Both the position numbers and the translations under genes were made by a program. A DNA stretch of 64,000 bases from Acidobacteriota bacterium (lineage in GTDB: Bacteria > Acidobacteriota > UBA6911 > RPQK01 > CBDAPI01): NCBI GenBank assembly GCA_965205615.1, contig CBDBHK010000010.1, positions 16,088 through 80,087 on the forward strand, in the 5' to 3' direction. Below the pieces are notes generated by a model. That model had not been told where the DNA came from, made no database searches, and saw only the letters and a list, made by a program, of their open reading frames with translations. Of the stretch, positions 17,790 through 28,976 are shown piece by piece; the first letter of the stretch is position 1; every line of letters begins with the position of its first letter.

Positions 17790-18986
17790 CTAAAGACTCG
17801 ATTCATAAATACAGGTTGCTGCCTCGACGGTCAGGGGAATCGGATTGAACCGGGCCGTCCATTGCCGCTCGGCCTGCTCGGCCATTTCCGCGATCGAGGA
17901 CCGAGACACACCCACCTGGGCCAGGGAGGTGGGTAGGTCGAAGCGCAGTCGCAGCTCTTCAAGCCGCGCTGCAAGACTTTCCGACGGGTCGTTCCGGTCG
18001 ACACCCTGAAGTAGTCTATAGTCGCCTTGTGCGAGAGAGCCATTGAAGCGGACCACCTGGGGCAGGAGCAGTCCCACCGCGGCACCGTGCCTGATCTTGT
18101 GGCGAGCGGTCAAGGGATTCGCACAGGCATGGGCAGCGCCGAGCATGGAGAGCTCGACTGCCATTCCCGCAAGGTAGGCTCCGATCATCATCTGTCCCAA
18201 AGCCTCGGGGGCGCGCTTATTGACGGCGTTTTCGCAGTTCTCGTCCAGCAACCTCCACGACCAGCTGGAAAACATCCGGGAGATGGAGTGGCTGTTACTC
18301 GAGACCAGGCTTTCCACTGCATGAGAGAGAGCGTCCAGGCCACTCGTCGCCAGGACATCCCGGGGGGCCGTCACGAGCAGGTCCGGATCCAGGATAACAG
18401 CTTTGAACCGTGCTCCCGGGTCGCCGCAGGCCATTTTCTGGCGATCGGGAGAACGGGCGATTACGGCATATGACTGGGCCTCACTCCCGGTCCCGGCCGT
18501 GGTCGGTACCCCAATCGACGGGAACATCGGGGCCCCGGCTTTTCCGTATCCCCGGTAATCCTCGATGCGGCCCCCGTTCGTGAGCAGAAAGTTCACCGCC
18601 TTGGCCGTGTCCATGACACTGCCCCCGCCGATCGCGGCAATCAGGTCAAAGAATTCGCCCGATACAGCTCTTGCGGCTGCCTCTACGGAATCGCTGGTCG
18701 GGTCCTCCGGCACCCGGTCAAAAATCACAAGCTCGAGCGCCGAGTCGTGAAGTGAGGCTCTGGCGGCCTCCAGATGTCCCGCCTCGCGGATCCTCCGATC
18801 CGTTACCAGCAGGATCCTGTCTGCACTCATCTCCCTGGCCATGGCCCCCAGCCCGGAGAGGGATTGCGGTCCAAAGACGAGGTTCTGGCCAAGCTCCGCG
18901 GAAAACGCTGAGAGCGAGTCGCTTGGAGAAAGACCGGATGGTGAAGGTGATTCGTCCCGACGATTCATGGGCAAGGTCCGACGCAT
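17790..18986 (-). CDS. iron-containing (group III) alcohol dehydrogenase family protein
   Basis: GGGSVMDTAKA..., PTTAGTGSE, metal-binding His motifs of Fe-ADH / glycerol dehydrogenase-like fold. Confidence 0.75.
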   Translation of the reverse strand: MRRTLPMNRRDESPSPSGLSPSDSLSAFSAELGQNLVFGPQSLSGLGAMAREMSADRILLVTDRRIREAGHLEAARASLHDSALELVIFDRVPEDPTSDSVEAAARAVSGEFFDLIAAIGGGSVMDTAKAVNFLLTNGGRIEDYRGYGKAGAPMFPSIGVPTTAGTGSEAQSYAVIARSPDRQKMACGDPGARFKAVILDPDLLVTAPRDVLATSGLDALSHAVESLVSSNSHSISRMFSSWSWRLLDENCENAVNKRAPEALGQMMIGAYLAGMAVELSMLGAAHACANPLTARHKIRHGAAVGLLLPQVVRFNGSLAQGDYRLLQGVDRNDPSESLAARLEELRLRFDLPTSLAQVGVSRSSIAEMAEQAERQWTARFNPIPLTVEAATCIYESSL

Positions 18987-19050
18987 TCTAGCAAACTCCG
19001 GCGTTCTGGGTGCGGAATCGGCGCTCGCTGGTGCTCGCGCCGTTGAGTGT

Positions 19051-19221
19051 AAATCAGAGCCGCCGGCGAAAGCCGGCGGAAGGACACGCAGGGTCTGCGA
19101 CCTTGCCCTCCGGCCGGAAGCCGGGGTAAATCAGAGCCCCCGGCGGAAGCCGGGGGAAAGAGAATTGCCCCCGGCCGCTCCCGCGGCCGGCTCTGATCGA
19201 GCGCGCGGCCGGCTCTGATCA
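19051..19221. repeat. cluster of 2-3 family-1 GC-rich palindromic repeat units
   Basis: aatcagagccgccggcgaaagccggcgg / aaatcagagcccccggcggaagccggggg...cccggccgctcccgcggccggctctgatc / gcggccggctctgatc. Confidence 0.65.
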
Positions 19222-19243
19222 TTTCACTCGGAACGTAAAAAGG

Positions 19244-19663
19244 GTGTTTCGGTTGATACAATCTCAGAAAAGAGCAATGAGAAACGATGGCGTGACCTCG
19301 GTTCGGGTGGACAGATGGCTGGACGTGGCCTGCGTTTTTAAGACTCGGAGCCAGGCACGGCAGGCCTGCCAGAAAAGCCGCATCTCCGTCAACGGGCGGA
19401 ATTGTAAACCCGGACACGCACTCAGGGTGGGCGACGAGCTGTCGATCCGGATGGGCGGAGGCTGGAAACGAATTCTGCGGGTTGAGGCGCTGGCGGAAAG
19501 AAATATCCCCCGAGCCGAGGCCAAAAGGCTTTACCAGGATCTCACGCCCGAAAGGCCGAAAACAGACCCTGTGGAGCAGATCATGGAGATTTCCCGCCCC
19601 CGAGGATTGGGCCGGCCGACCAAGCGGGAACGCCGAAACTTGAATCGTCTACGGAGACAGTAG
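19244..19663 (+). CDS. S4 RNA-binding domain protein (Hsp15/HslR-like ribosome-associated protein)
   Basis: S4 motif VRVDRWLDVACVFKTRSQARQACQKSRISVNG followed by a basic C-terminal tail. Confidence 0.65.
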   Translation: MFRLIQSQKRAMRNDGVTSVRVDRWLDVACVFKTRSQARQACQKSRISVNGRNCKPGHALRVGDELSIRMGGGWKRILRVEALAERNIPRAEAKRLYQDLTPERPKTDPVEQIMEISRPRGLGRPTKRERRNLNRLRRQ

Positions 19664-19669
19664 CCAGCG

Positions 19670-19918
19670 ATGCCGTGGTGGGCCGGACGTACCATTCTTC
19701 TTTTTTTCCTGGCATTCGTCTTCCTGGTTTTCTACGCGGTGACCTACGCAACCATCATGGGCATCCGCGACAATTACTATCGGTACGCCCAGAAGGCGTC
19801 ACTCCAGTGGACGGGTCCGGGCAGAAAGCTCAGGCGACCCGGGCTGTGGACAGGGCTCGGGCTGTTGCTTGCCGCCCTCTTGAGCTCCTGGATCGCTGTT
19901 GACTGGGTGATTTTTTGA
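19670..19918 (+). CDS. small hypothetical membrane protein
   Basis: 82 aa, two hydrophobic segments. No homology recognised. Confidence 0.3.
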   Translation: MPWWAGRTILLFFLAFVFLVFYAVTYATIMGIRDNYYRYAQKASLQWTGPGRKLRRPGLWTGLGLLLAALLSSWIAVDWVIF

Positions 19919-20000
19919 TTCCGGAACCCGCACCGGCAGCTCGAGGTTGAGGTCGAGCGGGCAGTCAGGGTCAGACGTCTCTGCTAAAAAACTTCTGTGA

Positions 20001-20348
20001 GTGAGACAGATTAAGGCACTTGCGGACGAGGCGGTTTCGTTTGCTCACAGCAGCGAGGAAGAGTTTGCTCACTTCCTCGACTTTTACCAGATCGAGTGGC
20101 ACTACGAGCCCACCTGTTTTCCGCTTCGACGAGATAATTTCGGTCGCGTTACCGAGAGTGTTACTCCCGACTTCTACCTTCCCCAGTTCGATCTCTACGT
20201 GGAACTGACAACCATGAAGCAGAGCCTCGTGACCCGTAAAAACCGCAAGCTCCGGCGCCTGCGAGAGCTTTACCCCGAGATCAACGTCAAGATCTTCTAC
20301 GGCAGAGACTACAAGGGGCTGGCGTTTAAGTTCGGTGTGTTCAAATGA
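20001..20348 (+). CDS. hypothetical protein, possible PD-(D/E)xK / DUF559-like endonuclease fold
   Basis: EWHYEP...TPDFYLPQFDLYVELTTMK pattern. Weak. Confidence 0.3.
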   Translation: MRQIKALADEAVSFAHSSEEEFAHFLDFYQIEWHYEPTCFPLRRDNFGRVTESVTPDFYLPQFDLYVELTTMKQSLVTRKNRKLRRLRELYPEINVKIFYGRDYKGLAFKFGVFK

Positions 20349-20914
20349 ACCCTACGGGCTCCGCCTCGGTCCCGGATTTCGGCCGGATTGTGCTCAGCGA
20401 AAAGGCGATTCTGGAGGAAGTGGAGCGGCTGGGTGCCGAGATCGCCAGGGACTACCGTGACCGAGACCCTGTTGTGGTCGGAGTTCTGAACGGGGCCTTT
20501 TTCTTCACCTGCGACCTGATTCGCCGGATCGCAACTCCGGTCACATTGGATTTTTTGTCCCTCCGTCGTTTCAGTCCGCTGGACGCCGAGGCCGGGCAAG
20601 TCGAGATCACCAAAGATCTGGAAGAGTGCATTGAAGGTCGCGACGTTCTCATCGTCGAAGACCTGGTCGACACAGGCTTGAGCCTGAACTACCTGTGCCA
20701 GGTGCTGGAGCAGCGCCGTCCCGACTCGCTGGCCATCTGCTCCCTGCTCAACAGGCCCCAGCTGCGCCTGGTTGAGATCCCGCTCAAGTACCGGGGGTTC
20801 GAGGTAGATGACCAGTTTCTGGTGGGGTATGGTCTCGACTTCCAGGGTCACTTCCGAAGCCTGCCCCATATCGCGGCCCTCGAGCAGAACCCCAACGTCT
20901 CCCGGGTTGCCTAG
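20345..20914 (+). CDS. hpt: hypoxanthine phosphoribosyltransferase
   Basis: PRTase motif VLIVEDLVDTGLSL. The rest matches 6-oxopurine PRTases (~189 aa). Confidence 0.85.
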   Translation: MNPTGSASVPDFGRIVLSEKAILEEVERLGAEIARDYRDRDPVVVGVLNGAFFFTCDLIRRIATPVTLDFLSLRRFSPLDAEAGQVEITKDLEECIEGRDVLIVEDLVDTGLSLNYLCQVLEQRRPDSLAICSLLNRPQLRLVEIPLKYRGFEVDDQFLVGYGLDFQGHFRSLPHIAALEQNPNVSRVA

Positions 20915-20926
20915 CCGTGGTCTTGG

Positions 20927-21003
20927 CGCTCGATCAGAGCCGGCCGCGGGAGCGGCCGGGGGCAATTCCCTTTCCCCCGGCTTCCGCCGGGGGCTCTGAT
21001 TTA
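20927..21003. repeat. family-1 palindromic repeat unit, inverted relative to 19127-19206 copy (1 mismatch)
   Basis: gcgctcgatcagagccggccgcgggagcggccgggggcaattccctttcccccggcttccgccgggggctctgattt is the reverse complement of 19127-19206. Confidence 0.7.
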
Positions 21004-21035
21004 CCCCAACCGTTAACCAGCTGGCCGCGGCGGCG

Positions 21036-21674
21036 TCAATACCCCTCGATTTCGCCGTGACCACTGAGCACGAGACCCAGGGTCAGATCACCCTTTTTCA
21101 GGACCAGAATCGGCTGATCCAGTTCGTTGACAAGAACGCTATCCTGGTCGGGAACTTCCCAGACCGGGAAGAGTCCCATCACCGCCGGGTGAGTTGTTCC
21201 GGAGGCTTTCCGGCTGAGGTCTACAAGTTGTGTGAGAGTGAGTTGCGCATCCGGATCCTGGTCGGCGGCAGCGGGAACCAGTAGCAGAAAATCGCGGTAG
21301 AGTGAGGCGCCCGTATGATCTCCGTCGGCGGGTTGGGTGTAGTAGCGGAGGCCATACACACCGGGCTTCACCGGCTTATGCTTGTAATCCATCCACAGGG
21401 TAGAGAAACGCACGACACCCACCAGAGCCCCCGGCTCGAAAACCCCGAAGTTCACACCCAGACCTCCCTGGCGGTCCGAATCCACAGGCATTTCGGCTCG
21501 AAACCAGAACTCGGCGGTCGAGTCGCTTCCCAGCCTCACCCGGAAAAGCCGCTCCGAAAGAGTCGGGCGGATCTGGTCGGAAACCCCCGCAGGAGGTTGT
21601 GCTTCTTCGACTTCAAGCGTCGGGGTCGCGCCACCGCCTCCCAGGATCAAAGCGAAGAGCAATAATCGGAGCAT
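21036..21674 (-). CDS. secreted hypothetical protein
   Basis: Signal peptide MLRLLLFALILGGGGA. No recognised domain. 13 nt downstream of the preceding gene on the same strand. Confidence 0.45.
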   Translation of the reverse strand: MLRLLLFALILGGGGATPTLEVEEAQPPAGVSDQIRPTLSERLFRVRLGSDSTAEFWFRAEMPVDSDRQGGLGVNFGVFEPGALVGVVRFSTLWMDYKHKPVKPGVYGLRYYTQPADGDHTGASLYRDFLLLVPAAADQDPDAQLTLTQLVDLSRKASGTTHPAVMGLFPVWEVPDQDSVLVNELDQPILVLKKGDLTLGLVLSGHGEIEGY

Positions 21675-21687
21675 GAAAGCTTTGCGA

Positions 21688-22347
21688 CTACCGGACGAAT
21701 TCGCCTACGAATGCGCTGGCCCGATCCGGACTGCTCCAGCTTGAGCCCAGGCCCTCTCCTCGAAACTCGTGTTCCAGGGTAAAGGCCGGCCGGGCGTCTG
21801 CCTGGATCAGTGGTGGGTAGAGGATCGACTCATTGCCGCAAAAATGGTCCCCTTTATTGAAACCGCGTGTCGAAAAGGTGGCAACATCACCTGCCCGCAG
21901 GGAGGCCCGCTGATCCAGGTCCCGGGTCAGTTCGATAGGAGCCGACTCGATACTGACGATGCGATTCAGCAGGTCGGGTGCCATCGAGCGCGCCAGGCTC
22001 ACGAGTGCTTCCTTCTGGGACTGACTGGCTGACTCATCCACCAGAATGACAGAGCGGGCGGGCTCGGTTTCGCCGGCGAACGGATCTCCCAGGGTGGCGT
22101 CTGCCTGGACGACCGCTACGACGGTCAGTCCTTGAACCGCAGTGCCTTCCCAACTTCCTTCTCTGACTCGCCAGGCCATAATGGCCTCCTTGCCGGTCAG
22201 GTTCACCTCTCCGTTCGCAATACAGGGGCCTACGTAAACGTTGGCCGTGCGGACTTCCAGATAATCTCCCCGCACCTGTGCCTCGGCCCCAACTGCGACG
22301 CCAACGAGCAGGGTGATGGAAACAACGAACATCGTCATGCTTCTCAT
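21688..22347 (-). CDS. secreted hypothetical protein
   Basis: Signal peptide MRSMTMFVVSITLLVGVAVGAEA. No recognised domain. Downstream of the Mo-enzyme operon. Confidence 0.45.
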   Translation of the reverse strand: MRSMTMFVVSITLLVGVAVGAEAQVRGDYLEVRTANVYVGPCIANGEVNLTGKEAIMAWRVREGSWEGTAVQGLTVVAVVQADATLGDPFAGETEPARSVILVDESASQSQKEALVSLARSMAPDLLNRIVSIESAPIELTRDLDQRASLRAGDVATFSTRGFNKGDHFCGNESILYPPLIQADARPAFTLEHEFRGEGLGSSWSSPDRASAFVGEFVR

Positions 22348-22495
22348 TTCAAAATCTCCAATCCAGATACAGATCTCAATCGTTCCTACTTATTCTAGCA
22401 GAACCGTCCCTCAAAGAAATCGAGCGGGCAAGCGCAGGGGGCGGTCGCCGTTTCAGACGTCGGGCTGAGAAAAAGGTTTCGCCCGCCCCTGCTGC

Positions 22496-22702
22496 TCAGA
22501 CCTCCTCGTAGCAGTCTCGGCCGGGGATGCAGTCGTCCTTGTCCACGGGTTCGCTGTCGGGCCCCAGACACGTCTGAGTATGGCTGCACCAGCAAAAGCC
22601 ATCGCTGGTATTGGGAACATGGGGGTCGGGCTCGACGTCGATGTACATGCCTTTGAAGCGGAGGCGGCGGCAGACTTGTTTTGTTTCCAGAGAACGATCC
22701 AT
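22496..22702 (-). CDS. small cysteine-rich protein (6 Cys), translationally coupled to the Mo-enzyme FAD subunit gene
   Basis: GGGAGGGAGGG RBS inside the end of the upstream gene. ATG 4 nt after its TAG. 68 aa with DGFCWCSHTQTC and two DC motifs. Confidence 0.5.
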   Translation of the reverse strand: MDRSLETKQVCRRLRFKGMYIDVEPDPHVPNTSDGFCWCSHTQTCLGPDSEPVDKDDCIPGRDCYEEV

Positions 22703-22705
22703 CGT

Positions 22706-23686
22706 CTAACCCTCCCTCCCGGATGCGCGAAGGATGGCCCGCGCGGTGGCCACCCGGGCAAGCTGAATCTTGTAACCATTTCTGCTCAGAGCCCTCGCCC
22801 CGGTCGTGGCGGCCTCGCCGGCCTGGCGAGCGAGGTCAGGACTCAACGTCTTGCCTTCCAGCACTGCGGCCGCCCCGGTCGCCACCCAGGGCACGGGAGC
22901 CACGTGACCCAGCACGACGGAAGCCGAGCGCACGGTGTCACCTCTCATTCTCAAGCTTACTGAAGCCGTGGCCAGTGGCCAGTCCAGCGCCTGCTTGTGA
23001 CGCACTTCGTAGGTTGCGTTGTCGCCGACCGATCCCGGGATTCGAATTGCGACGAGCAGTTCGTTGCTATGCAGGACATTCTCCCTTTCTCCGCTGCCCT
23101 GAGGAATCTGGAAAAAGTCGGCCACACCAACGGTACGGGATCCGGACGGCCCCGAAATCTCCACTCTGGCATCGAGAGCTACGAGCGCCGGCGCCAGACT
23201 GGACGCATTAACGAACAGGGCCTGCCCCGAATTGCCAAGGATAGCGTGGTAGCGATTGTCTCCGTCCTCGACCATGGAGCGCCCGTTGTGGGTGGCCAAG
23301 AGGCCAAAACCGCGCCGAAAATACCAGCATCTGGGACTCTGGCACAGATCCCCGCCGACCGTCCCCATGTTGCGAATCTGGGGGCTCGAAACACCTTCGA
23401 TGGCCTGGATCAGAGCCGGATATCTGGTCCTTACAGCAGGACTACCCGCCAGCTGGGCAAGCGTCGTTGTGGCGCCGATCCTCAGTTGGCCCCCTCTGTC
23501 CTTGATCCCGGAAAGCTCAGATATATTCTTGATATTGACCAGCACTTCCGGTGCCACGATCGAGTCCTTCATGAGACTCAGGAGATCGGTTCCTCCCGCC
23601 AAAACAGCGGCTTTTCCCCTGGCCCCATTCAGAATCTTGACCGCCTCACCGGTGCTCTTTGGCTGTGCATACGAGAAAGCTTTCAT
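22706..23686 (-). CDS. xanthine dehydrogenase family FAD-binding (medium) subunit, CoxM/PaoB-like
   Basis: VLAGGTDLL...MGTVGGDL FAD-binding motifs of molybdopterin dehydrogenase FAD subunit. Confidence 0.85.
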   Translation of the reverse strand: MKAFSYAQPKSTGEAVKILNGARGKAAVLAGGTDLLSLMKDSIVAPEVLVNIKNISELSGIKDRGGQLRIGATTTLAQLAGSPAVRTRYPALIQAIEGVSSPQIRNMGTVGGDLCQSPRCWYFRRGFGLLATHNGRSMVEDGDNRYHAILGNSGQALFVNASSLAPALVALDARVEISGPSGSRTVGVADFFQIPQGSGERENVLHSNELLVAIRIPGSVGDNATYEVRHKQALDWPLATASVSLRMRGDTVRSASVVLGHVAPVPWVATGAAAVLEGKTLSPDLARQAGEAATTGARALSRNGYKIQLARVATARAILRASGREG

Positions 23687-23690
23687 GGCT

Positions 23691-25812
23691 TCAGGCTCCT
23701 TTCCCTAATGCTGTGAGGACCCGGTCGGGAGTTAACGGAAGAGTGGGCACGCGCACGCCGATGGCGTTGGCCACGGCGTTGGAGATGGCAGCTCCCGGAG
23801 AAATGACGGGCGGTTCGCCCAGGCCGATCACTCCACGCTCGTCGTAACCCGGACCCGTCATCATGTGGACTTTGAGGCGACCAACGTCAAACAGCCCGGG
23901 CAACTTGTAGAACTCCATGTCGGGATTGAGCAGCTTGCCGCTCACGGGGTCCATGATCTTTTCCTCCATCAGGGCGTAGGCGATTCCCTGGATCAAAGCG
24001 CCGAAGACCTGACTGCGCGCCGTCTTCAGGTCCAGGACCAGCCCGCAATCCTGAACAGCTACCATCCGGTTGATCCTGACGACCCCTGTTTCGGTGTCCA
24101 CCGATACGTCCGCCATCTGGATTCCACCGACGCCGCTGTCGTTTAGACCCCCGGGACCGGGGTTTCGTCCCATGGCGGTGAGAGGGCTCGGACCAATCCG
24201 GGCGGCTGCCCGCTTCCACTCCATGCGCCGGGAGGGGTCCGCCTTGACCCGAATCGTGCCGCGCCAGGCTTCCAGTTCTTCACCCGATTCCACTCCCAGG
24301 GCCGGAGCGGCAGCTTCCAGTACATTCTCGAGCGCGTCCAGGGCAGCCCTTCTCGTCGAGGAACTCACTCCACCGACCGTAGTACTGCCTCCGGAAGGCC
24401 CTGACTGAGGGTAACTGCTGTCACCCATCCGGACCTTGACATCTTTGATACCGAGTCCAAAAGTCTCCGCCAGAACCATAGCTATGATCGTCCCGGTACC
24501 GGTCCCCAGATCCTGGGTGCCGATTTTGGCCTCCACCCCGCCGTCGGGATACACCACGACCTCGCAATGGCTGGTGTGCCCCCGCCCACCCCAGGTGTGG
24601 ATCCCCAGGCCGAGGCCGGTCTTGACCGGACCTGATCCGCCCCCCTCTCCACGGGGATGCCAGTTTTCCTCCCACTCAATCATCCTGGCGCCCACATTCA
24701 GCTCCTGCTGGTAGACGGCGGCCAGGCGCCCGGTCAGGTGAATGTTCTTGATCATCAATTCGAGAGGATCCATCCCTATCTTGGCTGCCGTGTCTTCGAT
24801 GGCCGCCATCGTGATCAGGCACCCCTGGGGGTGATTCGGCGCCCTCCAGGCCCGGGCCGCACCGGTATGGGTCGGTATGGCGATGTGCTGTTTCTTGCGA
24901 TTCGGGATCTGGACAACGTAGGGGAGGGGTGGATTCCCAGCCCTGGCCACGCCTCCGGAACCCCACGATTCCGACTCCCAGGCGGTCAGTTCGCCGTCGC
25001 TCGTGCACCCGACCTTGACATTGGCGTAGGCGGAGGGCCGGTCGCCGGCAACGGCGATCTCGGCATCCCGAAGGAGCATCATCTTGACGGGCGCCCGCGC
25101 TTCACGGGCCAGTTGAGCGCACTCCACGCCCCAGCGATCCACCGAGAATTTGCTGCCGAAGCCTCCTCCCATGTAAGGAGTGATGACTCGGACGTTGGCA
25201 GCGGGAATGTTCAGGGCTTCGGCAAACTGGGGGGGCAGGCCCGAGACGTTTTGGGTCGAACACCAGGCCGTCAGATGCTCGTCGTCCTGCCATTCGCAGA
25301 CCTGGCCGTGGGACTCGAGGCAACAGTGGGCGATTCTCGCAAGTCCGTAGTAGCCCTCCATCACCGTATCCGCCTCCCCAAAAGCCTGCTCCGGGTTGCC
25401 GGTGGTCTGTGCCTCACCCGGGTTCGTTTTCGGTGCCTCGTCCCGCTGCTCTTCGGTCACGAAATGGGGAAGAACCTCAAAATCGATCTGGATGGCCCCG
25501 AGAGCATCGTAAAGGGCCGCTTCACTGCTCGCCGCAACCGAGACAATGTCGTCCATCTCCCACTTGATCTCGGTGCCCGCATCCTGGATCACGCGCAGGG
25601 CCTTGACCTGGGGCATCGCCCGGGCGGCAGTAACGTCCAGACGGGTGATTCGGGCGTGAGCATGAGGTGATTGCAGGATGCCGCCAAAGAGCATCCCTGG
25701 TCGGTTGACGTCGTAACTGTACTTGGCCTCACCGGATACTTTGAACGGCGAGTCCAGGCGAGTGACCTTGCTGCCGATAAGGGATCGTTTGGAAAAATCG
25801 GGCCATTTGTAC

Positions 25813-25820
<8 letters not shown>
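23691..25820 (-). CDS. xanthine dehydrogenase family molybdopterin-binding large subunit (CoxL/PaoC-like)
   Basis: Start at MPEYKWPDF (ATG overlapping the small subunit stop by 8 nt). Aldehyde oxidase/xanthine dehydrogenase a/b hammerhead and MoCo-binding regions. The ORF-track N-terminal 114 aa is out-of-frame junk. Confidence 0.85.
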
Positions 25821-26439
<619 letters not shown>

Positions 26440-26922
26440 TGCATCCTCCTCGATAGAGCGCCAGATCTGATGAGTTCAGCCTTACTATACCCGGTGCGGC
26501 TTCGCACGGCAATTCCCTGCTCGCGTGTCATGCTCGGGCCCGATGCCGGTGGTCTTTATCTTCGAACACACGACGGACTCTTTTCACCAGCAGGCCTGGC
26601 GGAAAGGCGCACAGGCCCAGGCGATCAGGCCGCAGAAATTGTGGCGGGAGCGTACCGGAGGCGGGCACAACAGAGGCGGGGGTTCACTTGGAGTGTGAGT
26701 TCTTCCTCATCTGGTGTCTGCGCTTGCGGCGAAGCTTGCTTCTTCTTTTTCTCTTCTTCTTAAGGACACTGCCCATTTAACTTCTCTCTCGTACCAGGCA
26801 CAATGGTTTTGAACTATCTATCGTAATAGAAAACAGTGTCTTCTGTGAAGCCGGCGGCACCGGGTGCCCCAGGACGGGCCGGCTCAATAACCAGGTTGCA
26901 CGTCACATAAAGGAGGTAGCCG

Positions 26923-27909
26923 ATGGATCCTGCAGATTACATCGATTTGAAGAATCTCAAAATTCCCGACCAGTTGAGCCGGCTCAAGATGGTTCCGCTG
27001 ATACTGGTCGCCCTGGCCGCGATTCTGCTCTTCACCATGTGGTTTCAGGTAGAAGCAAACAGCGAGGGAGTTATCCTGCGGTTGGGCAAATACGAACGCA
27101 CCGTTGGTCCCGGGCTGCACCTCAAGTTTCCCTTCGGCGTCGAAACCGTCAGCATCGTTCCTTCCCAGCGGCAGCTCAAGGAAGAATTCGGTTTCCGCAC
27201 CCTTCAGGCGGGCGTCCGCTCTCAGTATTCGGGCCGGGACTTTCCCGAAGAGTCTCTTATGCTCACCGGCGACCTCAACGTGGCAGAGGTGGAATGGAGT
27301 GTGCAGTTCAGGATCGCGGAGCCCCGCAAGTTCCTATTCAAAGTCAGAAATGTGCGCGACACCTTCCGCGACATGACCGAGGCGGTCATGCGGGAGATTG
27401 TGGGAGACAGAACCGTCAATGAAGTCCTGACCGTCGGCCGAACCGAGCTGGCTCAGGCCGTGGAGGACGGGCTGCAGGAGTTGTGTGAGCAGTACGAAAC
27501 GGGACTCCGGGTGGAACAGGTGATCCTTCAGGACGTGGCCCCTCCCGATGCTGTCAAACCTTCTTTCAACGAGGTGAACCAGGCTCAGCAGGAGCAACAG
27601 AAGCTGATCAATGAAGCCAGGGGGGAGTACAACCGGGACGTCCCCCGGGCCCGCGGCGAAGCCGAGCAGCAGATCAGCCAGGCTGAGGGATATGCCATCG
27701 ACCGGGTGAATCGGGCAAAGGGCGAAGCCTCCCGATTCGATCAGCTGTATGCCGAGTATCGCAGAGCACCTGAAGTCACCAGGCGGCGAATTTACATTGA
27801 AACCATGAATCAGGTTCTGCCCAAGGTCGGCCGCAAGCTGATTCTAAACAAGGACACACAGAACATCGTGCCACTGCTCCAGCTTGGAAAGGGGGCGACA
27901 GGACAATGA
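26923..27909 (+). CDS. hflK: HflK (SPFH/band-7 protease modulator)
   Basis: N-terminal membrane anchor plus band-7 domain. Overlaps hflC start by 4 nt. Confidence 0.8.
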   Translation: MDPADYIDLKNLKIPDQLSRLKMVPLILVALAAILLFTMWFQVEANSEGVILRLGKYERTVGPGLHLKFPFGVETVSIVPSQRQLKEEFGFRTLQAGVRSQYSGRDFPEESLMLTGDLNVAEVEWSVQFRIAEPRKFLFKVRNVRDTFRDMTEAVMREIVGDRTVNEVLTVGRTELAQAVEDGLQELCEQYETGLRVEQVILQDVAPPDAVKPSFNEVNQAQQEQQKLINEARGEYNRDVPRARGEAEQQISQAEGYAIDRVNRAKGEASRFDQLYAEYRRAPEVTRRRIYIETMNQVLPKVGRKLILNKDTQNIVPLLQLGKGATGQ

Positions 27910-28841
27910 AGATCAGTGTAGTACTCATCGCCCTTCTCGTTATCGCGGTCATCGTCCTCTTCAACGGCCTCTTCATCGTGGACGAAACCCAGCAGGTCGT
28001 CATCACTCGCTTCGGAGCGCCCCGGGGATCGGCCATCACCGACCCGGGTGTCAAGTTCAAGGTGCCTCTTATGGATCGAGCTCACTTCTTTGACAAGCGT
28101 TTTCTGGAGTGGGATGGTGACAGCGACCAGGCCACCACGGCTGACAAGCGCTTCATCTGGGTCGACACCTATGCACGCTGGAGAATCTCTGACCCCAGGC
28201 TGTTCCTGGAGCGTCTTTCCGACGAGAGAGCCGCCCAGACCCGGCTCGATGACATCATAGACGGCGCGACCAAACGGGCCGTTGCCAAACATGATCTCGT
28301 TTCCCTGGTCCGTTCCACCAATCGGGAGGTCACCCCGGATCCCAGCTTGCCCGAGTCGGAAGTCGGCGAGCTGGCGACCATCGTGAAAGGACGCCGGGAA
28401 GTCATGCGGGAGATCCTCGAGAATGCGAGCCAGGACACCAGTGATCTCGGGATCGAAGTGGTCGACGTGCGCTTCAAGAGCATCGATTACGTGGAAGCAG
28501 TCCGACAGAACGCCTACGAGAGAATGATCGCTGAGCGCAATCGAATCGCCCAGCGCTTCCTTTCCGAAGGCCAGGGCGAAAGTGCCCGTATCCGTGGAGA
28601 GAAGGAGCGCGAGCTGAAGAAAATCGAATCCGAAGCTTATCGAAAGTCGCAGGAGCTGGTGGGTCAGGCCGATGGAGAGGCCACGGCCATTTACGCGAAG
28701 GCCTATAACAAGGATCCCGAGTTTTACCAGTTCCTGAAGACTATGGAGTCCTACCAGGACGCGCTGGACAAGGACTCCTGGCTGATCCTCACTACGGACA
28801 GCGATTTCTTCAAGTTCCTGGACCGCCATCGTGGCCGCTGA
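27906..28841 (+). CDS. hflC: HflC (SPFH/band-7 protease modulator)
   Basis: N-terminal TM MKISVVLIALLVIAVIVLF. Band-7 domain with coiled-coil tail. Paired with hflK. Confidence 0.8.
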   Translation: MKISVVLIALLVIAVIVLFNGLFIVDETQQVVITRFGAPRGSAITDPGVKFKVPLMDRAHFFDKRFLEWDGDSDQATTADKRFIWVDTYARWRISDPRLFLERLSDERAAQTRLDDIIDGATKRAVAKHDLVSLVRSTNREVTPDPSLPESEVGELATIVKGRREVMREILENASQDTSDLGIEVVDVRFKSIDYVEAVRQNAYERMIAERNRIAQRFLSEGQGESARIRGEKERELKKIESEAYRKSQELVGQADGEATAIYAKAYNKDPEFYQFLKTMESYQDALDKDSWLILTTDSDFFKFLDRHRGR

Positions 28842-28976
28842 TTGGCCTCATGCTCACTGAAGCGATCAATCCGCACACGGTCGATCTCGATCGCCTGCCG
28901 ACGATCGAGATCCTGAGGAACCAGGGGAAACGTCTGCACCCGGGAATTCACTCTAACCTGTCCGCAGGAGGCACAA

